From NCBI GenBank assembly GCA_015062635.1, contig SUUF01000001.1, forward strand, positions 1 to 48,763: a stretch of DNA of 48,763 bases, written 5' to 3'. This stretch comes from Coriobacteriaceae bacterium (GTDB lineage: Bacteria > Actinomycetota > Coriobacteriia > Coriobacteriales > Eggerthellaceae). The notes under the pieces were generated by a model. The model was not told the origin of the DNA. It saw nothing but the letters and a program-made list of their open reading frames with translations, and searched no databases. Of the stretch, positions 17,344 through 26,266 are shown piece after piece; the stretch's first letter is position 1; every line of letters begins with the position of its first letter. Both the position numbers and the translations under genes were made by a program.

Positions 17344-18852
17344 GTGAACGAACGCTCCAAAGGCGCATTGATGAACTACCTGTACATGGCGGTGCAGGTG
17401 GTCGTGAACCTCATCTACGTGCCCCTGCTGCTCGGGTTCATCGGCACGAACGAATACGGCCTCTACCAGCTCGTGGGCTCGGTGATGGCCTATCTCCTCA
17501 TCATGAACTCGACGGTCGCCGCCGCCGTCCAGCGCTATTACAACAAGTACCTCGCACTGCACGACGACCTGCGCGCGCAAAACGTCCTGGGCGTCGCGCG
17601 CATCCTGTATTGGGTGCTCTCGGGCATCGCCGTCATCGTGGGCATCGCGCTCATCGCCATCGCGAACGTGGCCTACGCCGAATCGCTCACCGCCGCAGAG
17701 CTCGTCGAGCTCTCGTGGATGCTCGGCATCCTCATCGTCAACGTCATCATCGTGCTGAACAACTCCATCTACAGCGCGACCATCGAGGCGCACGAGCGCT
17801 TCACCTTCCAGTACGGCCTGCAGGTCGTGCTCACCGCCCTGCAACCGGCCGCCATCGCACTGGCAGTGTTCATCTACCCGTATGCGATCTCGGCGGTGCT
17901 GGTGCAGCTCGCCACCGTGGCCGCGGAAGCCCTCATACGGCGCACCTATGCCAGCCGCACGCTCGGCATCCACGTGCGGCTCCACGAGTTCGACCGCTCG
18001 CTCGCCCGCGCCCTGCTCGTCTTCTCGGGCGCCATCTTGCTGGCCACCGTGGCCGACCAGATTTTCTGGCGCACCGACCAGCTCATCTTGGGGTACTTCT
18101 TCGGCACCGGCTCGGTGGCCGTCTACGGCATCGCCTCGCAGATCTTCATGTGCTACATGCCCCTCGGCATCGCGGTCTCGGCCGTTTTCCTCCCCAAGGT
18201 CACGCGCATCTACCGCGGCGAGGAAAACGACGAAACCCTCTCCGAGCTCTTCATCCGCATCGGCCGCATCTCGTTTCTCGTGCTGTTCGCCGTGCTCACC
18301 GGCTTCATCGTGTTCGGACGCGATTTCATCGGCCTGTGGGCGGGCGATGGTTTCGACGAGGCGTATGCCATCGCCGTCATCATCATGGTGCCGTTCACCA
18401 TCGACCTCATCCAGAATGTCGGCCTCACCATCTTGCGCGTGAACAACACCTACGGGTTCCGCGCGCGCATCTATTTCGCGACTGCCGTCATCAACATCGT
18501 CGCCACCATCGTGCTCGTGCAGCAGCTCGGCATCATCGGCGCGGCCATCTCGACCGCGCTCGCGATGCTCATCGGCAGCGGCATCATCATGAACTGGTTC
18601 TATTGGAAGCGCACCGGCATCGACATCCCCGCATTCTGGAAGCAGATATGCCGGGTGGCGGCCGCGCCCTTCGCGCTGTTCGCCATCGTGTTCCTTCTGT
18701 ACGCCACCGTGTTGCCGGCAGCGTCGGGATGGCTCGCGCTCGTCGGCTATCTCGTCGCCTACGTCATCCTCTATGTGGCTATCTGCTGGGCATTCTCGTT
18801 CAACGCGTACGAGAAGGGCCTCCTGCGCACGCTCGTCAGGCGGGGTCGCTAA
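17344..18852 (+). CDS. Polysaccharide flippase (Wzx / MOP superfamily)
   Basis: Polytopic membrane protein. N-terminus SKGALMNYLYMAVQVVVNLIYVPLLLGFIG is typical of Wzx-type flippases. GTG 17344 follows GGGAAGGA; the alternative ATG is at 17371. Confidence 0.75.
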   Translation: MNERSKGALMNYLYMAVQVVVNLIYVPLLLGFIGTNEYGLYQLVGSVMAYLLIMNSTVAAAVQRYYNKYLALHDDLRAQNVLGVARILYWVLSGIAVIVGIALIAIANVAYAESLTAAELVELSWMLGILIVNVIIVLNNSIYSATIEAHERFTFQYGLQVVLTALQPAAIALAVFIYPYAISAVLVQLATVAAEALIRRTYASRTLGIHVRLHEFDRSLARALLVFSGAILLATVADQIFWRTDQLILGYFFGTGSVAVYGIASQIFMCYMPLGIAVSAVFLPKVTRIYRGEENDETLSELFIRIGRISFLVLFAVLTGFIVFGRDFIGLWAGDGFDEAYAIAVIIMVPFTIDLIQNVGLTILRVNNTYGFRARIYFATAVINIVATIVLVQQLGIIGAAISTALAMLIGSGIIMNWFYWKRTGIDIPAFWKQICRVAAAPFALFAIVFLLYATVLPAASGWLALVGYLVAYVILYVAICWAFSFNAYEKGLLRTLVRRGR

Positions 18853-18878
18853 GACGCTTTTGCGCGGAAAGCCGCTCC

Positions 18879-19820
18879 CTAATCGAGGCTATACTGCTTG
18901 AACACATCGCGCAGCATCGACTTGTAGGATCCGGCGATGTCGGCGATATGGCGGAACGTCTTCGTCGCCGTCACGCTGCGGATGGCGCGGGCGCGGGCCT
19001 GCAGGATCTCCTTCTCGTTGAAGATGAGACCGATCGAGTCGGCCGCATAGACCATGAGCAGCTCTTTTTGCCAATCGCGCAGCGTCTGGTAATCGTGTTC
19101 ATAGGAAATCGCGAGGATCTCGGAGATGGCCTCGACCGCATCGTCGATCGATTCGGCGCCGAGCATGCGCGGCTTGTGGTGGAAGCGGTAGCGGTAGACG
19201 ACATCGGGAATGGCGTAGAACCACCCCGCCGCAACCATCGCGCGCACGAGGAACACCGGGTCTTCATGCCGGATGAGGTTCGGGAACTCGATGCCGTTCT
19301 GCTCGAGCAGCGACCGCTTGAAGATGAACCGCTGGAAGCCGAAATCGCCTTGCCAATCGCGATATTCGAAGCGGCGCTCCTCCGTGAAGGTGAAGCAGGA
19401 CAGATGGCCCTCGTCGGTATAGTCTTCCTTCACGACATTCGTCCGGTTGTCGAATTCGCTGAACGACCCGCCGGCGATGGGCGCATCGTGCTCGACGGCG
19501 GCGTGATAGAGCTTCTCGAGCGTCGTCTTCTCGGGATACCAATCGTCATCGTCGAGAAATGCGACATATTCGCCACGCGCCGCGCGAAGCGCCTCGTTGC
19601 GCGCTGCCGAGACGCCCCGGTTCTCGTGGAAGGTGATGCAGCGGAAACGCGCATCGTCGTGGGCGAACAGCTCGTAGATGCTCTTCGTGTTGTCTTCCGA
19701 GGCATCGTCCACGCAAATGACCTCGATATCCTCGAGCGTTTGCATCTCGACGCTCGCCAATGCCTCGGCGAGGTATTCGGCGCTGTTGTGCATGGGCACG
19801 ATGACGGAAACGGTAGGCAC
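18879..19820 (-). CDS. Family 2 glycosyltransferase
   Basis: PTVSVIVPMHNSAEYLAEALASVEMQT, CVDDASEDNT, DDDD. GTG 19820 lies 5 nt after AGGAGGG. ATG 19841 is the longest-ORF alternative. Confidence 0.85.
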   Translation of the reverse strand: MPTVSVIVPMHNSAEYLAEALASVEMQTLEDIEVICVDDASEDNTKSIYELFAHDDARFRCITFHENRGVSAARNEALRAARGEYVAFLDDDDWYPEKTTLEKLYHAAVEHDAPIAGGSFSEFDNRTNVVKEDYTDEGHLSCFTFTEERRFEYRDWQGDFGFQRFIFKRSLLEQNGIEFPNLIRHEDPVFLVRAMVAAGWFYAIPDVVYRYRFHHKPRMLGAESIDDAVEAISEILAISYEHDYQTLRDWQKELLMVYAADSIGLIFNEKEILQARARAIRSVTATKTFRHIADIAGSYKSMLRDVFKQYSLD

Positions 19821-19911
19821 AAGACCCTCCTGTAAATCCATGCTGCTATGACCCGGTTATTCTACCGCATGCGGCATGCGGGCACGAGGTCGAACGGCAC
19901 TGCGCGGATCG

Positions 19912-19933
19912 GGGCCGGGTAATTCCCCGGCCC
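19912..19933 (-). terminator. Candidate recX terminator hairpin
   Basis: GGGCCGGG-taattc-CCCGGCCC, 6 nt downstream of the recX stop. No U-tract. Confidence 0.35.
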
Positions 19934-19938
19934 ATTCC

Positions 19939-20562
19939 TCACGCACGTTGACCGTATTGCGCGAACCAAGCGCTCGACACCTCGCCGGCGATATTCGGGC
20001 TGTATCCTTTGCGCATGAGCTTCGCATACGCCGACCCGCGCAGGTTCTTCGATTTCGGAGGGTTCTTCTCGAGCACGCGCATCGCCCGCTCATGCTCGGT
20101 GCCGAACCGCTCCTCGTAAGCCGTCGGCCACCCGTGAATCTTATCTGCGGCGATGCCGTTTTCCTTCAGCTCGCGCACGATGCCGCTGTTGCCCATGCCC
20201 TTGCGCATGAGCGCGCTCGCGCGCATCTCGCCCCACCGCAGATCGTCGATAAGGCCGATGCGCACCGCCTTGGCTATCGCCTTTTCGGCGATATCGGGCG
20301 GGACATCCTCGCGCAGCAGCCGGGTGCGCATCTTCGCCTGGCAAAACTCGTGGTAACCGCATAAATCGACGACCCGCTGATACGCCGCCTTATCGGGCGG
20401 CAACTCGTCCTCGCCTCGCACTTTCCTCGATGGCCTCTTCCCGGTCGCCGGGGACTGTGCGGCATCGACGCCGAGGTCGAACATGCCGCTGCCCTCGGAC
20501 GACTCGATGGCATCCATCATCGATTGCAGCTTGGCGATGACATCGGCTTTCGACCTTGCCAT
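19939..20562 (-). CDS. recX: Recombination regulator RecX
   Basis: Immediately downstream of recA. RecX-like helical repeats (GLIDDLRWGEMRASALMRKG, AYAKLMRKGYSPNIA). ATG 20562 lies 8 nt after GGAGG. Confidence 0.75.
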   Translation of the reverse strand: MARSKADVIAKLQSMMDAIESSEGSGMFDLGVDAAQSPATGKRPSRKVRGEDELPPDKAAYQRVVDLCGYHEFCQAKMRTRLLREDVPPDIAEKAIAKAVRIGLIDDLRWGEMRASALMRKGMGNSGIVRELKENGIAADKIHGWPTAYEERFGTEHERAMRVLEKNPPKSKNLRGSAYAKLMRKGYSPNIAGEVSSAWFAQYGQRA

Positions 20563-20579
20563 CGCATGCACCTCCGTGG

Positions 20580-21635
<1,056 letters not shown>

Positions 21636-21666
21636 GTGCACTCCTCGATGTTTCTAGATTGCATCC

Positions 21667-21694
21667 ATTATACGAACGGACGTTCGCGTGTCAA
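21667..21694 (-). promoter_or_regulatory. recA promoter (TTGACA-16 nt-TATAAT)
   Basis: On the minus strand, TTGACA is at 21694..21689 and TATAAT at 21672..21667, a 16-nt spacer. The -10 lies about 30 nt upstream of the recA ATG. Confidence 0.75.
21673..21686. promoter_or_regulatory. LexA SOS (Cheo-type) box CGAAC-N4-GTTCG
   Basis: Perfect palindrome CGAACGGACGTTCG fills the spacer of the recA promoter. Confidence 0.75.
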
Positions 21695-21830
21695 GCACGG
21701 TGCCCGTCTTTGCGAAAAGCATAGAGACCCCAACCTCAGAAAAAGTTCCGAGATTTCTCAGATAGACCTCAGGAATACCTCAGGAAAAGCTCAAGAATAG
21801 CTCAAATGCCGACTCTGAACTGGCACGTTG

Positions 21831-23015
21831 CTAGGCACCGATGCGTTCCGAAAAAAGTCTCAGGCTTTCGCGCACCGCCTGCGAGCGCACTTGCGAACGG
21901 CTGCCCCCGAACGTGAACAGATGCGCCTGCGTGCCCGCGGCATCGCTCACACCGATCCACACGGTCCCCACCGGCTTGCCGGGCACGGCACCGCCGGGAC
22001 CGGCGATTCCGGTGACGGAAACCGCGATGTCCACGCCGAGCTGCTCGCGCGCGCCCTGCGCCATCGCGCAGGCCGTCTGCTCGCTCACGGCACCGTGCTC
22101 GGAGAGGACCTGTTCCGGCACGCCGAGCCGCGCCATCTTCACGTCGTTGGAATAGCTCACGATGCCGCCCTCGACGACATCGCTCGAGCCGGCGATATCG
22201 GTGAGCGTCGCCCCGATGAGGCCTCCGGTGCAGCTTTCGGCCGTGCCGAGCTTCTTGCCCGCCGCACGGGCCGAATCGATGACGGAGCGCGCCATCTCCT
22301 CGAGGTCGCCCTTCGTGGGATATTCGCGTTCCCACGAATCATCTGACATGCGCATGTAGTCGAACGGCTCGACGTCGGCGCGCTTCGCCCGCTTCGTGAA
22401 TCCCAGCAGGTCGGCGGCCTTCCGGAAGTAATCGAGCATGCTCACGATGGTGAAGAACACCGCGAGTATCATCGCGGCCCATGCGAGCACGTACATGCCA
22501 TCCGAGAAGTTCTGGTCGAAATCGCCCAGCAGTGGCGTCCCCTTCACCAGGAACAGCACGATGGCGACGATTTGCGTGACGGTCTTTATCTTCCCCCACC
22601 AACTGGCCGCGATGACGACGCCCTCGCTAGCCGCCACCATGCGGATGCCCGAAACGATGAACTCGCGCGAGATGATGATGAGCGCAACCCACGAAGGCAG
22701 GACGCGCAACTCGACGAGCACGAGCAATGCGGCGGTCACGAGCAGCTTGTCCGCCAAGGGGTCCATGAACTTGCCGAGGGTCGTGACCTCTCCCCTGCTG
22801 CGCGCCAAATGCCCATCGACCGCGTCGGTCGCCGAGATGACGATGAACACGATGGCCGCGATGAGCGGCTTCCACGACTCGGCGTGCGGCCAGTCGGGCA
22901 GGTATTCCGGCCACGGGGCGATGATGACCGCAAGGAACACGGGAATCGCGAGGATGCGCGCCAACGTGACCTTGTTCGCCGGCGTCCAGAGCTTTTGGGT
23001 GGTTTCGTTGGCCAC
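21831..23015 (-). CDS. pgsA: Fusion protein: CDP-diacylglycerol-glycerol-3-phosphate 3-phosphatidyltransferase (PgsA) fused to a CinA C-terminal (PncC-like) domain
   Basis: N-terminal half has the CDP-alcohol phosphatidyltransferase motif DAVDGHLARSRGEVTTLGKFMDPLADKLLV plus TM helices. C-terminal half has the CinA_C pattern LGTAESCTGGLIGATLTDIAGSSDV...VSYSNDVK...GVDIAVSVTGIAGPGG. Single uninterrupted 394-codon ORF, GTG start 1 nt after the rimO stop. Confidence 0.85.
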   Translation of the reverse strand: MANETTQKLWTPANKVTLARILAIPVFLAVIIAPWPEYLPDWPHAESWKPLIAAIVFIVISATDAVDGHLARSRGEVTTLGKFMDPLADKLLVTAALLVLVELRVLPSWVALIIISREFIVSGIRMVAASEGVVIAASWWGKIKTVTQIVAIVLFLVKGTPLLGDFDQNFSDGMYVLAWAAMILAVFFTIVSMLDYFRKAADLLGFTKRAKRADVEPFDYMRMSDDSWEREYPTKGDLEEMARSVIDSARAAGKKLGTAESCTGGLIGATLTDIAGSSDVVEGGIVSYSNDVKMARLGVPEQVLSEHGAVSEQTACAMAQGAREQLGVDIAVSVTGIAGPGGAVPGKPVGTVWIGVSDAAGTQAHLFTFGGSRSQVRSQAVRESLRLFSERIGA

Positions 23016-23016
23016 G

Positions 23017-24357
23017 TTATTCGCCTTCCATCTCGTACATGAGCGTGCCCGAGATCTCGACCTCGACGATGTCGCCCGGCTTGCCAGCCGAAACGAACGT
23101 CACGCCGTCGACATCGGGCGCCTGGCATTGCGCACGACCGAACAGCTGGCCGTCTTCCTCGCGTCCAAGCACAAGCACGGGCATGCGCGTGCCAACACGC
23201 GCGGCGATGACGCCCGCAGATATGCCGTCGGCAAGGTCGCGCACCTCCTGCGCGCGCTCCTGCTTGAGCTCCTCGTCAAGCTGGCCCTCGAGCTCCGCCG
23301 CCTTGGTGCCGTCCTCGCGCGAGTACGGGAACACGCCCACGTAATCGAGCTCGGCTTCCTCGATGAAATCGAGCATCTCGGCGAACTGCTCCTCGGTTTC
23401 GCCCGGGAACCCCGCGATGAGCGTCGTGCGCAACGTGACATCGGGCACCGTCTCGCGCACATGGGACACCAGCTGCAGGAAATCGTCGCCGCAACCACGC
23501 CGGTTCATCGCGCGCAAGACGGGCTTCGCCGCATGCTGGAACGGGATGTCGAGGTAGCTGCAGATGTTCTCGTGGTCGCGCATCGTGGCAAGCAGCTCAT
23601 CGGTGACGCCTTCAGGCTGGATGTACATCACGCGGAACCACGTTTCGGGAAAGCGCTCGGCCAGATGCCCCATGAGCTGCGCGAGCGTTTTCCGTTCCTC
23701 GAAATCGGCGCCCCACCGGCCGGTATCCTGCGCGATGAGTGTGATCTCGCGCACGCCAGACGCCACCTTATAGGCCACATCGGCCTCGATCTGCTCCAGC
23801 GTGAAGCTGTGGTAGCGGCCGCGGATGAATGGAATCGTGCAATAGCTGCACATGCGGTTGCAGCCATCGGAGATCTTGACATATGCGACCCAGGGGGAAT
23901 CTCCCGCCGTCGTGAGCGCATATTCGTTGGCGCCGATCGTGCCATCGTCGGCAAGCTGGGGCGCCGCGGGAAGGCGGTCGGGGAACAACCCGGCAACCAC
24001 CTGCACGATGTCATCCTCGCGCGAGCAGGGCACGAAGGCCTGCGCCTCGGTGAGTTCTGACTCGAGATCGGCGCCGTAGCGGGCCGGCAGGCAACCAGCC
24101 ATGATGATCTTCGCGTCGCCGGCGGCCACGCGGTCGAGCCCGGCAAGCGCGAAGAACGTGTCGATGCTCTCTTCGGTAGCTGCCTGGATGAACGAGCAGG
24201 TGTTGATGATGATGGCATCGGCGGCTTCGGGGTCGTCGACGAGCGGATAGCCCGCACGCACGAGCTTCGCGGCCATCTCCTGCGAATCAACTTCGTTTTT
24301 CGCGCACCCGAGCGTGACGAAGGCCACGCTCGGCGCAAGGTTCGTAGCAATAGGCAT
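23017..24357 (-). CDS. rimO: Ribosomal protein S12 methylthiotransferase
   Basis: VAFVTLGCAKNEVDSQ, radical-SAM CNRMCSYCTIP, C-terminal TRAM. Conserved position upstream of pgsA. Confidence 0.9.
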   Translation of the reverse strand: MPIATNLAPSVAFVTLGCAKNEVDSQEMAAKLVRAGYPLVDDPEAADAIIINTCSFIQAATEESIDTFFALAGLDRVAAGDAKIIMAGCLPARYGADLESELTEAQAFVPCSREDDIVQVVAGLFPDRLPAAPQLADDGTIGANEYALTTAGDSPWVAYVKISDGCNRMCSYCTIPFIRGRYHSFTLEQIEADVAYKVASGVREITLIAQDTGRWGADFEERKTLAQLMGHLAERFPETWFRVMYIQPEGVTDELLATMRDHENICSYLDIPFQHAAKPVLRAMNRRGCGDDFLQLVSHVRETVPDVTLRTTLIAGFPGETEEQFAEMLDFIEEAELDYVGVFPYSREDGTKAAELEGQLDEELKQERAQEVRDLADGISAGVIAARVGTRMPVLVLGREEDGQLFGRAQCQAPDVDGVTFVSAGKPGDIVEVEISGTLMYEMEGE

Positions 24358-24367
24358 GAGCAGGGGC

Positions 24368-24865
24368 CTAGCGGTAGTTGACGAACTGGAGCGGACGGCC
24401 GTAGTCCTGCTCCTTCAGGAAGGCGATGACCTCCTGCAAAACGTCGATCTTCGGGCCCGAGACCCGCACCTTGTCCTCTTCAATCGTCACCTTCACCTTG
24501 AGCTTCTGGGCCTTGATGTCCTTGTTGATCTTCGCCGCGGTGTCGCGGTCGATGCCCTCGATGATCGTGCCCACCTGGCGCACGTTGCCGCCGGCGGCGT
24601 TTTCGACCTTGCCCCAGCTGATGCTCTTGATATCGACCTTGCGCTTGATGAGCTTCGACTGGATGATGTCGATGATCTGCTTGACGGTGAAGTCGCTCGG
24701 CGCGGTGATGGTGATGGTCTTCGCGCGCTTGTCGAGGTCGATCTTCGAACCCGTGTCCTTCAGGTCATAGCGCTGCTTGAGCTCCTTGGTCGCCTGGCCG
24801 TATGCGTTGTCGATCTCCTGCATGTCGACCTGCGACACCACATCGAAGCTGGAATCCTTTGCCAT
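24368..24865 (-). CDS. yajQ: YajQ family nucleotide-binding protein (UPF0234)
   Basis: 165 aa. MAKDSSFDVVSQVDMQEIDNA...LQFVNYR is the typical YajQ signature. Confidence 0.9.
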   Translation of the reverse strand: MAKDSSFDVVSQVDMQEIDNAYGQATKELKQRYDLKDTGSKIDLDKRAKTITITAPSDFTVKQIIDIIQSKLIKRKVDIKSISWGKVENAAGGNVRQVGTIIEGIDRDTAAKINKDIKAQKLKVKVTIEEDKVRVSGPKIDVLQEVIAFLKEQDYGRPLQFVNYR

Positions 24866-24940
24866 CGTCTGTCTCCCCTCTTACACGCGCAAGCGGCCCC
24901 GGGGGCCGCAAGCGCTCACAATACGTTTTCAGATATGCGG

Positions 24941-26245
24941 CTACTCGTAATACTCTTCGGAATCCTCGCCCTCATCCTCGGACCCTTCCTCCTCATCGGA
25001 GTATTCCTCATCCTCGGATTCCTCGTCGGACTCCTCATCCGATTCCTCGTCCTTGGCCTCGGCTGCCGCCGCATTTGCCGCCTCGCGCGCATCGTTATCG
25101 ATGCCGCGCAGGTTCTGCGCCGAAGAGGACGACGATGCCGATGAGCTCGTCGAAGCGGAGGACCCGCCGGCACCATGGTCGGCCTGCCACGCCGCGAGCA
25201 CGTCGTTGAAATCGATCTTGATATCGACCACGCCCTGGTCATTCGGCGTAAGCGCGATGTCCTTGCCATCCTGGACGGCCTTCACGCCCGTCGGGTCGGC
25301 GCAGATGAACTCGAGCGTGCCAGAGGTCGTGAAGGTCTTCGTCGACGGCCCCTCGACGTTTTCGGCGATCTGCTTCTCGCCGTCGATGTACACCTCGATC
25401 CACGTGGTCGTGCCGCCGTTGACGGTGTAGCTGAACGTGAACGACGTCGGCGCGGCGGCCGTCGTGCCGCCCGCCTCGGCGCTCGATTCGGTTTCGGAAG
25501 CGGCCGACACGGGCAGGTTGCTCACGTCCTCGGACGATCCCTTCGGCCCGAACACCAGCACCAACAGCACGATGAGCAGCACCGCGGCGACGGCGACGAT
25601 GCCCAGCAGCGGCCAATTCACATTCGCGAACCGCCCGCCGAACAGCCCCCGCGAAGGTGCGGGGCTCGCCACGGCGTTGAAGATGGGCTCCTCGCCCAGC
25701 GCCCGTCCGCGGCTGCGGTGACCGCCGTTGCGGTAGGTGCGCTCGGCCTCGGAGCGGGCCATGATGCGGCCGGAATCGTAATCGTCGTACATGCGGCGCC
25801 CCGGACGCTCGCTATCGCGGTAGCGGTCGCGCGGGCGGCCATAGCGCGGCTGGGAAAGGTCGCCGCGTTCGTAGCCTGAAACCTCGTAATGGCGCGTCTG
25901 CGACTGGCGCATGCGCGCCGCCTCGGCGCGTGCCGCCGCCGAACGGCTGGACGAGGGCATGTCGAAACCCGTCCCCCGCGTGTTCTTGCGCGCCGCGTTC
26001 ACCTGGTAGGCATACTGCTCGTCCAGGTACTGGCGGGTTATCTCAGAAGCGTTCAATCCCAAGAGCTGGGCATATGAATTAATCATGTTGCGGGCGTATC
26101 CCCGCGGCGGCATGCGGTCGAAATCGCTTTCCTCGATGGCCTGGATGATGTCGGGGCGAATGCGCAAGCGACGCGCGACCGTGTTGACATCGAGTCCCTT
26201 TCGCGTGCGCGCGCGGCGCAACTGCGAGCCGAAATCGTCTGGCAC
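24941..26245 (-). CDS. RodZ-like HTH / DUF4115 membrane protein with poly-acidic C-terminal tail
   Basis: N-terminal HTH (LRRARTRKGLDVNTVARRLRIRPDIIQAIEE), one TM segment, DUF4115-like beta domain (TWIEVYIDGEKQ). Tail is DEESDEESDEESEDEEYSDEEEGSEDEGEDSEEYYE. GTG 26245 lies 7 nt after AAGGAGG. Confidence 0.7.
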   Translation of the reverse strand: MPDDFGSQLRRARTRKGLDVNTVARRLRIRPDIIQAIEESDFDRMPPRGYARNMINSYAQLLGLNASEITRQYLDEQYAYQVNAARKNTRGTGFDMPSSSRSAAARAEAARMRQSQTRHYEVSGYERGDLSQPRYGRPRDRYRDSERPGRRMYDDYDSGRIMARSEAERTYRNGGHRSRGRALGEEPIFNAVASPAPSRGLFGGRFANVNWPLLGIVAVAAVLLIVLLVLVFGPKGSSEDVSNLPVSAASETESSAEAGGTTAAAPTSFTFSYTVNGGTTTWIEVYIDGEKQIAENVEGPSTKTFTTSGTLEFICADPTGVKAVQDGKDIALTPNDQGVVDIKIDFNDVLAAWQADHGAGGSSASTSSSASSSSSAQNLRGIDNDAREAANAAAAEAKDEESDEESDEESEDEEYSDEEEGSEDEGEDSEEYYE

Positions 26246-26266
26246 GTCCAAACCTCCTTGCGGATG

